A stretch of 26,737 nucleotides of DNA. Source: a virus. Its lineage: Duplodnaviria; Caudoviricetes. This document shows positions 8,576-17,405 of this stretch, piece by piece. The notes beneath the pieces were generated by a model that saw only the letters and a program-made list of their open reading frames with translations, ran no database searches and had not been told where the DNA came from. A program made the translations under genes and the position numbers. The DNA is taken from positions 1 to 26,737 of the IMG/VR virus record IMGVR_UViG_3300016665_000732; one strand, written 5' to 3'. Within the stretch, counting starts at the first letter, position 1; each line of letters starts with the position of its first letter.

Positions 8576-9022
8576 TTAAATTCTCCAAATTAGCATAGTG
8601 CCATTATCAGTGTTATAGGTAACTGTGCCAAGAACATCATTTGCTATGATTTGGATAGTCGATGTAGTACCGTCTGCTACGGTTAAATCATATTGAAACC
8701 CATCTTGACTTATGCCGTAAGTATATGCAGTAATATACCCCCAACCTTTAGGTGCAATAGCATTTACTCCGTCTATTACGAGGTTGTAATGGAGTTTATG
8801 CCAAAAATCTCCCTTAACCCCACCTAGGTACACCTCTATAAAATAGTCACCGGGTTGTAGAACCACACTATTGCTAGATATTGTAGCATAATTTGTGAAA
8901 GTGGTAGTCCCGTTTATATATATGGGGGTATAAATATGACCAACTTCAGCAGTTGGTGCGGGATAGCTAAACATATATTGCCCAACTATCGGTGTAACAA
9001 GGGTTTTTGCTAGATAGCTCAT
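8576..9022 (-). CDS. Beta-sandwich (C1q/TNF-like?) putative fibre-tip protein
   Basis: VVLQPGDYFIEV...TIQI...GTMLIWRI strand pattern, located in the fibre cluster. Confidence 0.5.
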   Translation of the reverse strand: MSYLAKTLVTPIVGQYMFSYPAPTAEVGHIYTPIYINGTTTFTNYATISSNSVVLQPGDYFIEVYLGGVKGDFWHKLHYNLVIDGVNAIAPKGWGYITAYTYGISQDGFQYDLTVADGTTSTIQIIANDVLGTVTYNTDNGTMLIWRI

Positions 9023-9040
9023 CTCTAAAAGTCCTTTTTG

Positions 9041-9487
9041 TTAACAGATGTACCAAGCCCCATCGGCTTCATTTGCAACAAGTGTTAGTACAGTACCTGT
9101 AATCGCTAAGACAAAAGAAGTAGTGTCACTAAAGTCTATAAAGACACCTGTATCTGCATTATTAGTACGGACGGTAACAAAAGCTGTGCCTAATCTTTTA
9201 ATATGGACTTTATATGTGTTCTTCCCCGATATTGGCGGTAGATATACATTAAACGCAGTAGAACTGTTTTTAACAAGAACAAAAGTTTCGGCTTCTGTGA
9301 GGCTTAAGGTTGTATTATCAGTAGTAACATCCGCATGATAGGTTAAAGAACCACCGCCCCCTCCACTTATAGTAACAGGCTTCCATTGAGAATGTGAACT
9401 ATCCCAAGCAAGGACTTGTCCATTTGTTGGTGGGGTTGTAGTTGTATCAACATCCTTAAGTGTATTTATTAAACGAAAATGGGACAT
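9041..9487 (-). CDS. Short tail-fibre-like protein
   Basis: INTLKDVD...NGQVLAWD...QWKP shaft motif, GGGGG hinge, then a VYLPP...VHIKR...WYI domain. Confidence 0.7.
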   Translation of the reverse strand: MSHFRLINTLKDVDTTTTPPTNGQVLAWDSSHSQWKPVTISGGGGGSLTYHADVTTDNTTLSLTEAETFVLVKNSSTAFNVYLPPISGKNTYKVHIKRLGTAFVTVRTNNADTGVFIDFSDTTSFVLAITGTVLTLVANEADGAWYIC

Positions 9488-9578
9488 GTGTTATTATCTC
9501 TCTTTAAAAAACTTACAAAATACTTTAAATATAAAGAAAAAACTATCGACCGTAATTAAGTTTAGTAGTTATGAAATA

Positions 9579-10202
9579 TTAATGAGCATGCTTGGCTTGT
9601 TTAACCATGAAGTCATGGATTGCTTGAATGACGGAGGCTTCATCACTCATATCAGCATGGATAACTTGAGATGTTTCAACAAGAATTTCATCATCCTCAT
9701 CATTGGTGGTGATTTGGATGTCTGCTTGCATGCCATCTTTACCTTTTGCTTTAACTTCTAAAGCAAGGTGTAAACCTTTGCTTTCGTTCCAACATTGGAA
9801 AAGAGAACCATCACCTTCCCATTCACCCCAACCTTCAAGACCTTTATGGTTGGTCTTCAAATGCTTTTCAACAGCACTCATGATATTCTTGAGATTAACT
9901 GGGGAAGCAATACGAGCTTGTAAAGAAGCAATACGGGCTTCCAAGAAAGCAATTCTATCGAGAGTAGATGCTGTTCTAGATTGACCTTTTAGATGTTCAG
10001 CAGTGCTTAAAGTTCCTTCAAGATGATGAAGTTGGTCTGTAATATCTTTAGTTACTTTTTTAGCAACTGCATCGGATGAATATTGTTCTAATTCGTAAGC
10101 ATTAAGTTTTGCTTCTTTTAAAGAACTAATCGCATCTTTTAAATTTGAGATAACACCTTGAAGTAAGGTGCTTTGGGCTTCTCGAAAACCAGAAATAGCC
10201 AT
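9579..10202 (-). CDS. Hypothetical protein, coiled-coil N-half, possible internal virion protein
   Basis: 207 aa with AGGAG SD and a central RTAS/RIAF/RIAS/RIAS cluster. Confidence 0.75.
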   Translation of the reverse strand: MAISGFREAQSTLLQGVISNLKDAISSLKEAKLNAYELEQYSSDAVAKKVTKDITDQLHHLEGTLSTAEHLKGQSRTASTLDRIAFLEARIASLQARIASPVNLKNIMSAVEKHLKTNHKGLEGWGEWEGDGSLFQCWNESKGLHLALEVKAKGKDGMQADIQITTNDEDDEILVETSQVIHADMSDEASVIQAIHDFMVKQAKHAH

Positions 10203-10212
10203 TTTGTTTCTC

Positions 10213-11058
10213 CTATTTTAATCGTTTAATGCCGTCAGCGATGAGAATTGCTACCGCCTTTGCAAATCTATGCATGGCTGTAGCATTTGTCGCTTCGACT
10301 TGACCGAGGGTTAAGTTTAGGTTTGATTGGGAATATCCATATCCATCAGAGTTTTTAAAACTTACTTGAGGGATAGAGATAAGGTTAGGGTTTTCCACAT
10401 ACGGATTAGGTTTATCATTATAAGAATGATAAACGGTAATTGTAAAGGGGGTTGTGTCATAATTAGGTTCATCATCAGCGTCCATATCACGGAGGATGAT
10501 GACAGAATGGCCATCCTCTACTTTTTGAACTTTACTGAATAGACGGAAGGTGTTATTTTTAATCTCTGTAGCTACGAGAGCATAAAACTTTGTAAGAAAA
10601 GTTTTATCGATTTTCTTAGTAGGAGAGGGAGCATGTTCATGGGTTTTAATATGTTCTTCCGCATCATGATAAATCCCTGCGGCTAAAACAGCTCCAATAG
10701 ACCCTAAATCTTTAAGTTCGTCATTAGACATAAAGTCTGGGGCATATGCTTGTTTAGAATAATTAATCTTAACACTTCTGCTCTTGACATCTAGCATAGT
10801 TACTTGTTCTATATGGAAAACAGAGACAGGTGGTTCAAGAAGGTGTTTCATTCTAGAGGTCATTTTAGGTTCATATAGATACCTAACATAAACTTCAATA
10901 GGTAAAGGACGGTATCCTTGGTCAAGAGCGGAAAAATTTAGCTTTATAACAGCCATACTTTGCCCAACACTCTCTACAGAGGGTGTGAAATTGTGAGAAC
11001 CAAAGTCTTTTATTTGGTCACATACGTATTCGAAAAATTCATCTAAGTTTAGTATCAT
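10213..11058 (-). CDS. Hypothetical protein with apparent two-domain internal duplication
   Basis: Track ORF 10213..11064. AGGAG spacing favours ATG 11058. Confidence 0.75.
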   Translation of the reverse strand: MILNLDEFFEYVCDQIKDFGSHNFTPSVESVGQSMAVIKLNFSALDQGYRPLPIEVYVRYLYEPKMTSRMKHLLEPPVSVFHIEQVTMLDVKSRSVKINYSKQAYAPDFMSNDELKDLGSIGAVLAAGIYHDAEEHIKTHEHAPSPTKKIDKTFLTKFYALVATEIKNNTFRLFSKVQKVEDGHSVIILRDMDADDEPNYDTTPFTITVYHSYNDKPNPYVENPNLISIPQVSFKNSDGYGYSQSNLNLTLGQVEATNATAMHRFAKAVAILIADGIKRLK

Positions 11059-11095
11059 GAACATCTCTCCTTAAATATAACATTAAACCCTTAAC

Positions 11096-11110
11096 TATAA
11101 ATGATTTATA
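11096..11110. promoter_or_regulatory. Palindromic, possibly bidirectional promoter element
   Basis: TATAAATGATTTATA reads ATA-N5-TTTAT on both strands and lies about 40 nt from each of two divergent starts. Confidence 0.5.
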
Positions 11111-11149
11111 ACTTCTTACTTGTATATATACACTTATCTGGAGAGATTT

Positions 11150-12523
11150 ATGACAGCTGGATGGCAAGCATCGAGGTCAGCGTGGCCTCAACCCCCACAA
11201 CATGTAACAGCCCAATCTCCTTTTCTTAAGGGTGTAATAGACTTAAGATGGGATGACCCCGCTCAGTTACTTGGTAATGAAGGGTGGCTCGTTAGAGGGA
11301 TTAACATTTATCGGTCTACTGGCTCTGATCGAGGCCCTTTTAGACGCTTAAACTCTGCCCCCATTGGAAGCACTCTCTATCGAGATAGCTCTCGTCTAAT
11401 CCCCGTACATAATGAACTCATACGGGAATGGGTCTTTAAGGGTAATAATGCTGAAGACCCTTATCATTTTAAGACTAACCTTCCTATTGCTCGAACCGGC
11501 ACTAATGGTGAACCGTCTAATTCAGGTAGAGATGTTATCGTTACGGTCGATGGCGTTGTCGTACCCGTCATGGCAGTGAATGGTGCCGCAAGGGATGTCT
11601 TTATTCATTTCAGAGCTCTTCCGAATGCCAAAACTTGGAGATATGATAACCCCTTATTAGACAACCTCACCGACACTTCTGTTGTGACAATTAGCTATAT
11701 GGGCTATATCCCGGAAGACCGCTTGGGTGGTGACCAATTACATAAGAAGAACTTCTATCGCTTAACCACAGTAGCTGAGGATTATATCACGGGTGAACTC
11801 TTTGAAACCCCAATAGACCATACTCGTTCTGTGTCTGATCAAGACATCGAACAAATAGACTATATTTGGAGAGAAGGGGCTAGAAGAAACCAATGGATTT
11901 TAGAACAAGGCGGGGAACGAGTTAAATTCTTTACTCGTAGAGTTAACGGCACTCCTTGTAATTGCACCGACTTTGACTTTACCACATTGCAGTATGGAAA
12001 ACAGCCTGACAGTAGATGTCTTGCTTGCTTCGGTACTGGCATACTTGGGGGTTATGACGGGCCTTACGACATGATTATTGCACCAGATGATGCTGAGAAG
12101 CGAGTATCACAGTCTAATCAAGGTAGAAGAAAAGAGCATAGCTATGAAGTATGGATTGGGCCTAGTCCAATTGTTTCACAGAGAGATTTCTTGGTGAAGC
12201 TAAATAATGATAGGTATTCTATCGGTGCGGTAAGAAGTCCTACCAACAGAGGGGTCGTTTTACAGCAACACTTTAATGTTGGTTATTTAGACTCTGGTGA
12301 TATAAGATATAAAGTGCCCGTGGAGGGAGTCCCTTCTAGTTGGAATGAAACTAAGTACTCTTATAGACCCGGCTTGTTTAGAGAAACCTATAGTGCTCGT
12401 TCTGATGCTCCTTGGTCAGATATTGCTGATAAGAATTTCCCAATCCAAAATGACCGTAAGGATTTAGCTTTAGAACAAAAGGGACGTACAGGCACATGGG
12501 AAAACCAAAACTCTGGAGGCTAA
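11150..12523 (+). CDS. Putative virion neck / head-closure protein with FN3-like N-terminus and Zn-binding Cys motif
   Basis: IDLRWDDP...GINIYRS...GPFRRLN...YRD (FN3-like), then GERVKFFTR...CNC...CLACFGTG.LGGY. Start moved to MTAGW at 11150 (GGAG). Confidence 0.55.
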   Translation: MTAGWQASRSAWPQPPQHVTAQSPFLKGVIDLRWDDPAQLLGNEGWLVRGINIYRSTGSDRGPFRRLNSAPIGSTLYRDSSRLIPVHNELIREWVFKGNNAEDPYHFKTNLPIARTGTNGEPSNSGRDVIVTVDGVVVPVMAVNGAARDVFIHFRALPNAKTWRYDNPLLDNLTDTSVVTISYMGYIPEDRLGGDQLHKKNFYRLTTVAEDYITGELFETPIDHTRSVSDQDIEQIDYIWREGARRNQWILEQGGERVKFFTRRVNGTPCNCTDFDFTTLQYGKQPDSRCLACFGTGILGGYDGPYDMIIAPDDAEKRVSQSNQGRRKEHSYEVWIGPSPIVSQRDFLVKLNNDRYSIGAVRSPTNRGVVLQQHFNVGYLDSGDIRYKVPVEGVPSSWNETKYSYRPGLFRETYSARSDAPWSDIADKNFPIQNDRKDLALEQKGRTGTWENQNSGG

Positions 12524-12524
12524 G

Positions 12525-13076
12525 ATGATAAATAGTGTAAAAGTAAACCAAAATGGTCAATATGTCTTCGAGGCATTAACCTATAACTCAGCAGATATTC
12601 TCACAGCTTATCCCGCTATTGCTAGTCGGATGACCCCAGCGTTATATGCTGAAATCATGGGTATCTTTGGGGATAGCATTATTGCTCGTCTAAAGAAAGA
12701 AATGACAAGGCTAATGGGTATTGGGGTTATACCTAAGTCTAAATCCTTATATGAGTCTTTTGGGTATCGCCTAGATACCAAGCTAGGCAATCTTGTCTTT
12801 TATTCAACATGGGATAAGGCTAACATCTATGTGGCTGGGCGTGATAGCTATAAAATGTCATGGCTAACCAAGCAAAAGGGCGTGAACCGTAAAATTCCTA
12901 TGAAGGATAAAGAGGGTAAGTTAGTGTTTAGAACTGTCCCTCTTACTACCAATCAAGCTTGGGTGCATCCCGGCATTCAACGATTTTCTTTTTTTGCCGT
13001 AGCAATTGAGGAAGGTAGATGGGATGCTGTTTCCAAGGTTACTAATTTACTAATTAAAAAGGGCTTATACCTATGA
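12525..13076 (+). CDS. Putative neck / tail-completion protein
   Basis: Basic protein with LVFRTV...WVHPG motif seen in myophage neck-region proteins. Adjacent to the putative head-closure gene. Confidence 0.45.
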   Translation: MINSVKVNQNGQYVFEALTYNSADILTAYPAIASRMTPALYAEIMGIFGDSIIARLKKEMTRLMGIGVIPKSKSLYESFGYRLDTKLGNLVFYSTWDKANIYVAGRDSYKMSWLTKQKGVNRKIPMKDKEGKLVFRTVPLTTNQAWVHPGIQRFSFFAVAIEEGRWDAVSKVTNLLIKKGLYL

Positions 13077-13684
13077 TAATGCTGTTAAGATGTATAGACG
13101 CTAGGGGTATCCAAATCCCTTCAATTAGACGTAACCTGTCTTATGGTGATGTCTTTGAAGCAGGTAAGGAACTCATAGAAAAGAATAGAGAACTACAATA
13201 CTTTATCCGAGTAGGTAGCCTAGAAGTAAAAGAAAAAACCTCTAGCTTCCCCTCTAGAGTCAATAACTTCCCCACAAACCCCGTCTACCAAAGACCCCTA
13301 GCAGAACAAGCTCAAGCTCAAGCTCGGAACGAGCAAGAGCAACAGCGGGTTCTTCGTCCTGTGAACCCGGTAAATTCGTTGTACCCTCCGGCACCAAAAG
13401 AGCCCGTACAGCCGGCAATAGACATGAATGCTTTAGCGGAAATGATAGCAAGTAAGATTAACTTGCAAGTGGTATCTAATCCTAATATGGTAATGTCTAA
13501 TCAGACACAAGGGGTGCCCCAGTACAACACATCTAAAGCAACAGATGAGCTTGTGTTTATACCATCAACAATAGTGGATACGGAGCAAAAGGTAAGTCGT
13601 TCAATGTCTAATGAGAAAGCGACAGGGGACGATGTGTCGGATGCTTTGAAAGCCCTAAAGAAACTTAGAAAAGGAGGAGGCTAA
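13073..13684 (+). CDS. Hypothetical protein, Q/P/N-rich linker and C-terminal amphipathic basic helix
   Basis: ATGA overlap with the upstream gene. Its last codons supply the AGGAGG SD of the actin gene. Confidence 0.75.
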   Translation: MIMLLRCIDARGIQIPSIRRNLSYGDVFEAGKELIEKNRELQYFIRVGSLEVKEKTSSFPSRVNNFPTNPVYQRPLAEQAQAQARNEQEQQRVLRPVNPVNSLYPPAPKEPVQPAIDMNALAEMIASKINLQVVSNPNMVMSNQTQGVPQYNTSKATDELVFIPSTIVDTEQKVSRSMSNEKATGDDVSDALKALKKLRKGGG

Positions 13685-13686
13685 AA

Positions 13687-14703
13687 ATGGCAAAAGCTCC
13701 TAAGGTATTAGGTGTAGGATTAGACATTGGGACAATGAACTTAATGTCAGCTAAAAGACAAGGGTCTGAAGTGGTTACTCGTAGAATGAGAGACCTCTTT
13801 ATTGACTTACCCGCTTCAGCAAAAAAGATGTTAAAGTTGGGTTCAGTGCCTTATATCCAGAACGATGAGATTTTATTAGTTTTGGGAGATGAAGCTTTAG
13901 AGGTAGCTAATATGTTTGGTAAAGAGGGTCGCCGTCCATTAAAGGCGGGGCTTGTATCACCAGATGAAATTGACTCCTTAAAGGTGTTGGGCTTCATGAT
14001 TAAAGATGTGCTAGGCGAGGCAAGAGAGCCCAATGAACATTGTTACTTCTCTGTGCCAGCCGCACCCGTGGATGTCCCAATGGATGTTATTTACCACAAG
14101 GGTGTGTTTACTAAGATTGTAAAGGAATGTGGGTTTACTCCACATGCGTCTAATGAAGCTATGGCCATCGTATTTGCTGAGACAGCAAAAGAGGGCTTCA
14201 GCGGGATTGGGATTTCCTTTGGTAGTGGTATGACTAACATTGCTTTGTCTATTAACACAATTGAAGGTTTAAGCTTCTCAGTAGCAAGAGGTGGTGACTG
14301 GATTGACAACGGAGCCGCTAAGTCTGTTGGTTCAACCGCCGCTCGTATTTGTGCCATTAAAGAAAAAGGCATTCAGCTCTCCTCTCCCAATGGTAGAGAT
14401 GAAGAAGCGATTGCTTTTTACTACAAGGCACTTATTGAGTATGCATTGGAAAACTTGGCTCGTCAGTTCATTATGAAGAGCAATCACCTTAACTTGAATA
14501 GACCTATCCCAATCGTTGTGGGTGGTGGGACTTCTTTGGCGGGTGGCTTCATGGACTTCTTCAGAGAAGTTTTTGAGTCTAAGCGAAAGACCTTCCCAAT
14601 CCAAATTAGTGAAATTAGACATGCTTCTGACCCATTAGGCTCTGTGGCAAAGGGTCTATTAATTTTGGCAAGTCAAGAATACGAGGATGACGATGACGAA
14701 TGA
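13687..14703 (+). CDS. Actin-like ATPase (MreB/MamK/FtsA superfamily)
   Basis: All actin-fold motifs in order: phosphate-1 GLDIGTMN, RRPLKAG, FSVPA, connect-1 NEAMAI, phosphate-2 SFGSGMTN, GGDWID, adenosine VVGGGTSL, connect-2 DPLGSVAKG. Confidence 0.88.
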   Translation: MAKAPKVLGVGLDIGTMNLMSAKRQGSEVVTRRMRDLFIDLPASAKKMLKLGSVPYIQNDEILLVLGDEALEVANMFGKEGRRPLKAGLVSPDEIDSLKVLGFMIKDVLGEAREPNEHCYFSVPAAPVDVPMDVIYHKGVFTKIVKECGFTPHASNEAMAIVFAETAKEGFSGIGISFGSGMTNIALSINTIEGLSFSVARGGDWIDNGAAKSVGSTAARICAIKEKGIQLSSPNGRDEEAIAFYYKALIEYALENLARQFIMKSNHLNLNRPIPIVVGGGTSLAGGFMDFFREVFESKRKTFPIQISEIRHASDPLGSVAKGLLILASQEYEDDDDE

Positions 14704-15004
14704 CCCTTATTTAGATAAGTTTTTGGAAACTCTAAAAGAGGTTTTGCTTGAAAGGGAAGCAAAAGAACAATCTGGCCAATGGAAAGAGCCGGACGGTTTA
14801 CCTACTTTAGAGGACTTTTTATCTAATGCTAAGGACATGCCTTTTCAAGACATCTTAGAAATTGAAGACACCCCAACTATTAAGTCTGTTAAGCTAATTG
14901 ACCCTAACGGTCAAGGCTTTGAATTTGTGGGCAAATTTACATATGTATTTAAAGAGGATTTTAATGAGGGTACAAGCTTAATCTTAAAAGCCGTTAAAGA
15001 ATAG
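14687..15004 (+). CDS. Small acidic hypothetical protein
   Basis: Overlaps the end of the actin gene. GAGGA SD. The start could be 14693. Confidence 0.65.
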   Translation: MTMTNDPYLDKFLETLKEVLLEREAKEQSGQWKEPDGLPTLEDFLSNAKDMPFQDILEIEDTPTIKSVKLIDPNGQGFEFVGKFTYVFKEDFNEGTSLILKAVKE

Positions 15005-15139
15005 ATATCCTAGCTTACACACTAGAAGTGTGCTAGCAATGATGAGCAAGGTTTTGGTGACAAAGAGGTCGTGCTTAACATCTTGCTTAAGAGTTTCGAT
15101 CATGGTTTTAATCAGTTCTAGGTTATCGGTATTTCTCAT
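14984..15139 (-). CDS. Small coiled-coil plus C-terminal TM protein (~51 aa)
   Basis: Within track ORF 14984..15220. Probable start MRNTDN at 15139 (AAGGA upstream). Hydrophobic C-terminus. Confidence 0.5.
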   Translation of the reverse strand: MRNTDNLELIKTMIETLKQDVKHDLFVTKTLLIIASTLLVCKLGYLFFNGF

Positions 15140-15146
15140 AGGGAGT

Positions 15147-15569
15147 TTATTCCTTAGAAGCTTTGCTTTCGGCACGAAGTTGGTTGAGGGTAGCTTCCTC
15201 TTCTTCGGAGATAAGTTCATAGTCTAGATGCACTTTATCTGGGTTAGAGCATTCGGACAACAAGCCATTGATATATTGTTCTCTTAGCTTATTGAGTTCA
15301 TCGAGAGCGTTCTCCATGATGCGAGCTTGGGTGTTGATTTTTTCAGCTAATTCCACATATTCGGGTAAGTGTTGGTTCCAGCGATAGGTGCTAACATAAA
15401 AGCTATCGGAGGTGCAAATAGAACGATTATAGCCAATATCTTGCCATCTCAAGCGACTTTCGTTATATCTGAACCATTCGAACTTTTTATCACGACCACG
15501 GGTTTGAGGTTCAAGTGCTTTATAAGCCGCTTCTTCTCGGCGGCTAATCTTTCGTAGGCTTTTTGCCAT
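15147..15569 (-). CDS. Paralog family member 5, unknown function
   Basis: AGGA SD. Shares MAK..ISR.E, P...A...R...L and ISEEEE motifs with its neighbours. Confidence 0.8.
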   Translation of the reverse strand: MAKSLRKISRREEAAYKALEPQTRGRDKKFEWFRYNESRLRWQDIGYNRSICTSDSFYVSTYRWNQHLPEYVELAEKINTQARIMENALDELNKLREQYINGLLSECSNPDKVHLDYELISEEEEATLNQLRAESKASKE

Positions 15570-15585
15570 TTGGGTTGTCCTTTTT

Positions 15586-16134
15586 TTAGGGGAAAAGTTT
15601 CAGTTTATCAAGAATTTGGTTTAATTCTTTTTTATAGGGTTTTCTGATAGGTTCTGAGTCTGGGTCTTTGGGTAACTTAGCAATGATTGCCTCAAGTTCT
15701 TCTTTACGGTCTTTAAGCTTTTTTAACTTCTCAGGGTTAGCTCTTAAATCTCGGTAGATAGCTTCTTGTTCGTCTGTCATGACATAGTAGAGGGTCTCAA
15801 AGTTAGTACGCTTAGTTACAAAATGGTTGTCCCTAAGCTCATCTACAAACTTAATACGCATGTCATCGTACTTCTTAATAGCGTTCTCTGCAATTTTGCA
15901 TTGCTTTGCCATTTCTTGAAATTCTTCTGTGTGTTCCGGGAAAGCGGCTAAAAACTCGTCAACCCCCTTTGCACCCATGTAGAAGAGGTCAGCATAAGTG
16001 CCATAGTAGTCACGCCACATTTCACGTATATGAGCCCTTTTGGTGGCATAGCCTGCTCTATGCCCACCACCTAGCGTTTCTAGGACAGGATAAGCGAGAG
16101 CTTCTTTTTTAGTTGCAAATCTTCGTTTAGCCAT
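15586..16134 (-). CDS. Paralog family member 4, unknown function
   Basis: AAGGA SD and the family motifs, plus a C-terminal coiled-coil extension. Confidence 0.8.
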   Translation of the reverse strand: MAKRRFATKKEALAYPVLETLGGGHRAGYATKRAHIREMWRDYYGTYADLFYMGAKGVDEFLAAFPEHTEEFQEMAKQCKIAENAIKKYDDMRIKFVDELRDNHFVTKRTNFETLYYVMTDEQEAIYRDLRANPEKLKKLKDRKEELEAIIAKLPKDPDSEPIRKPYKKELNQILDKLKLFP

Positions 16135-16606
16135 TGGAGTTGTCCTTAAGCTTTTTAGCTTCAGCTTGTGTAGCTAAATTTTGAGCGATTTCTTCTTGTT
16201 GCTTTTTAGCAAAAGCGTCTTCTTCCTCTTCAGAGATAAAGGTAGGGTTATCGCTTTGACAAATAACGGGGTTGTATAACTTAGCCTTTAGAGCCTCTAC
16301 ATAATCTCGTCTAGCATAGTTAAACATACCGGTCGCTTTTTCTAAGTTCGCAAGTGCTTCTTCAAACTTAGTGGCAATAGGTGCTACATCGGGGTAGTTT
16401 TCTTGGATGTACTTTCGGTCTTGATGGTCATACATCCAAGACCCTGTCCAATAATAGTTAGCCATACCATAATGGTGCTTAAAGAAATCGGGGATTTCTA
16501 AGCCTTCTACTTGGAAGTTTCTTTTCTTCTTGTTGGTATGGTGGTCTAACAATTCATAAAGCTTAAGGTCTTTACGAGAAATTCTAGGGTCTACTCTTTT
16601 AGCCAT
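16127..16606 (-). CDS. Paralog family member 3, unknown function
   Basis: Within track ORF 16127..16723. True start MAKRVDP at 16606 (AAGGA SD). Has the family motifs. Confidence 0.8.
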   Translation of the reverse strand: MAKRVDPRISRKDLKLYELLDHHTNKKKRNFQVEGLEIPDFFKHHYGMANYYWTGSWMYDHQDRKYIQENYPDVAPIATKFEEALANLEKATGMFNYARRDYVEALKAKLYNPVICQSDNPTFISEEEEDAFAKKQQEEIAQNLATQAEAKKLKDNSNG

Positions 16607-16958
16607 TTTCTTCGTCCTTTTCGAGAGAAAGTTGGTTGTCTTTTTCTTTTTGTGGTTCGGTGTATTCTGACTCAACCCAGCGTTCTTCAACATTTTCCCC
16701 TTCAAAGCCGGAACACATGCCATAGCTAATCGAGAGCTTGTATTGTTCTAAGTCTTTCATAAGGGTGTCTAGGTTTACGGGTTGTGTTTGAGGTCTTGAT
16801 GTTTCGGTGTCTAATGTAGAAAGCTTCTCACATAACAGAGAGTAGGTTTCTTCCTTTAAAATACCATCAGTTGAGTAGTCATCTGCTTGGAAAATAAAGT
16901 TATAGTTCTTACCTTCCACATTGTTGACTTGTAGCATATAAAGTCTGTCGACTGTCAT
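16599..16958 (-). CDS. Acidic hypothetical protein interrupting the paralog array
   Basis: AGGAG SD and ATGA coupling to the upstream gene. Confidence 0.7.
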   Translation of the reverse strand: MTVDRLYMLQVNNVEGKNYNFIFQADDYSTDGILKEETYSLLCEKLSTLDTETSRPQTQPVNLDTLMKDLEQYKLSISYGMCSGFEGENVEERWVESEYTEPQKEKDNQLSLEKDEENG

Positions 16959-17368
16959 TTAGTATCTCCTTGGGTTGCATACTCATACTTCTTATGAGCA
17001 TTAGGTACATCAACTAACGGAATTAGCTTTTGCACTAATGCAATTCTTGCTTGGTCAAAGTCCATGATGGCCATCAAGGCTTCTGTTGAAGCTCTCTTAA
17101 ACCTATCAAGCTCTTCTTTAAGATGCGGGTGCATATACTCAATCAGCTCCTCCTTATGACGAAGTTCATCTGGAGTGCTAGCTGAGAATAAGTTAAAATC
17201 CCCAGTCTTTTTGGTTCTCTTTGGGATATGGTAAATCGCATAAGGGTTAGCATACTCTGCTTTAAACCCTAACTTAGCTCCCATGGTGATATTTTTAAGG
17301 GCTAAGAGAGCGATCTCTTCCTTATGGGTAATTTGTCTCAGAGGACGACCTTTTCTTTTTCTGCTCAT
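16955..17368 (-). CDS. Paralog family member 2, unknown function
   Basis: AAGGAG SD, basic N-terminus and the family helix motif. Confidence 0.8.
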   Translation of the reverse strand: MSRKRKGRPLRQITHKEEIALLALKNITMGAKLGFKAEYANPYAIYHIPKRTKKTGDFNLFSASTPDELRHKEELIEYMHPHLKEELDRFKRASTEALMAIMDFDQARIALVQKLIPLVDVPNAHKKYEYATQGDTK

Positions 17369-17375
17369 GTGTGTT

Positions 17376-17405
17376 CTCCTTGCTTAATATATATGAGCAA
17401 GGGAG
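17376..17405 (-). promoter_or_regulatory. SD-occluding hairpin overlapping a GCTCATA motif
   Basis: Minus strand CTCCCTTGCTCATATATATTAAGCAAGGAG: CCTTGCT pairs with AGCAAGG, which includes most of the SD. Confidence 0.55.

Noticed and set aside
13687-14703. Naming the actin mreB, or calling a ParMRC partition system
   Set aside because: There is no mreC/mreD, the phosphate-2 motif is divergent, and I found no adjacent centromere-like repeats.
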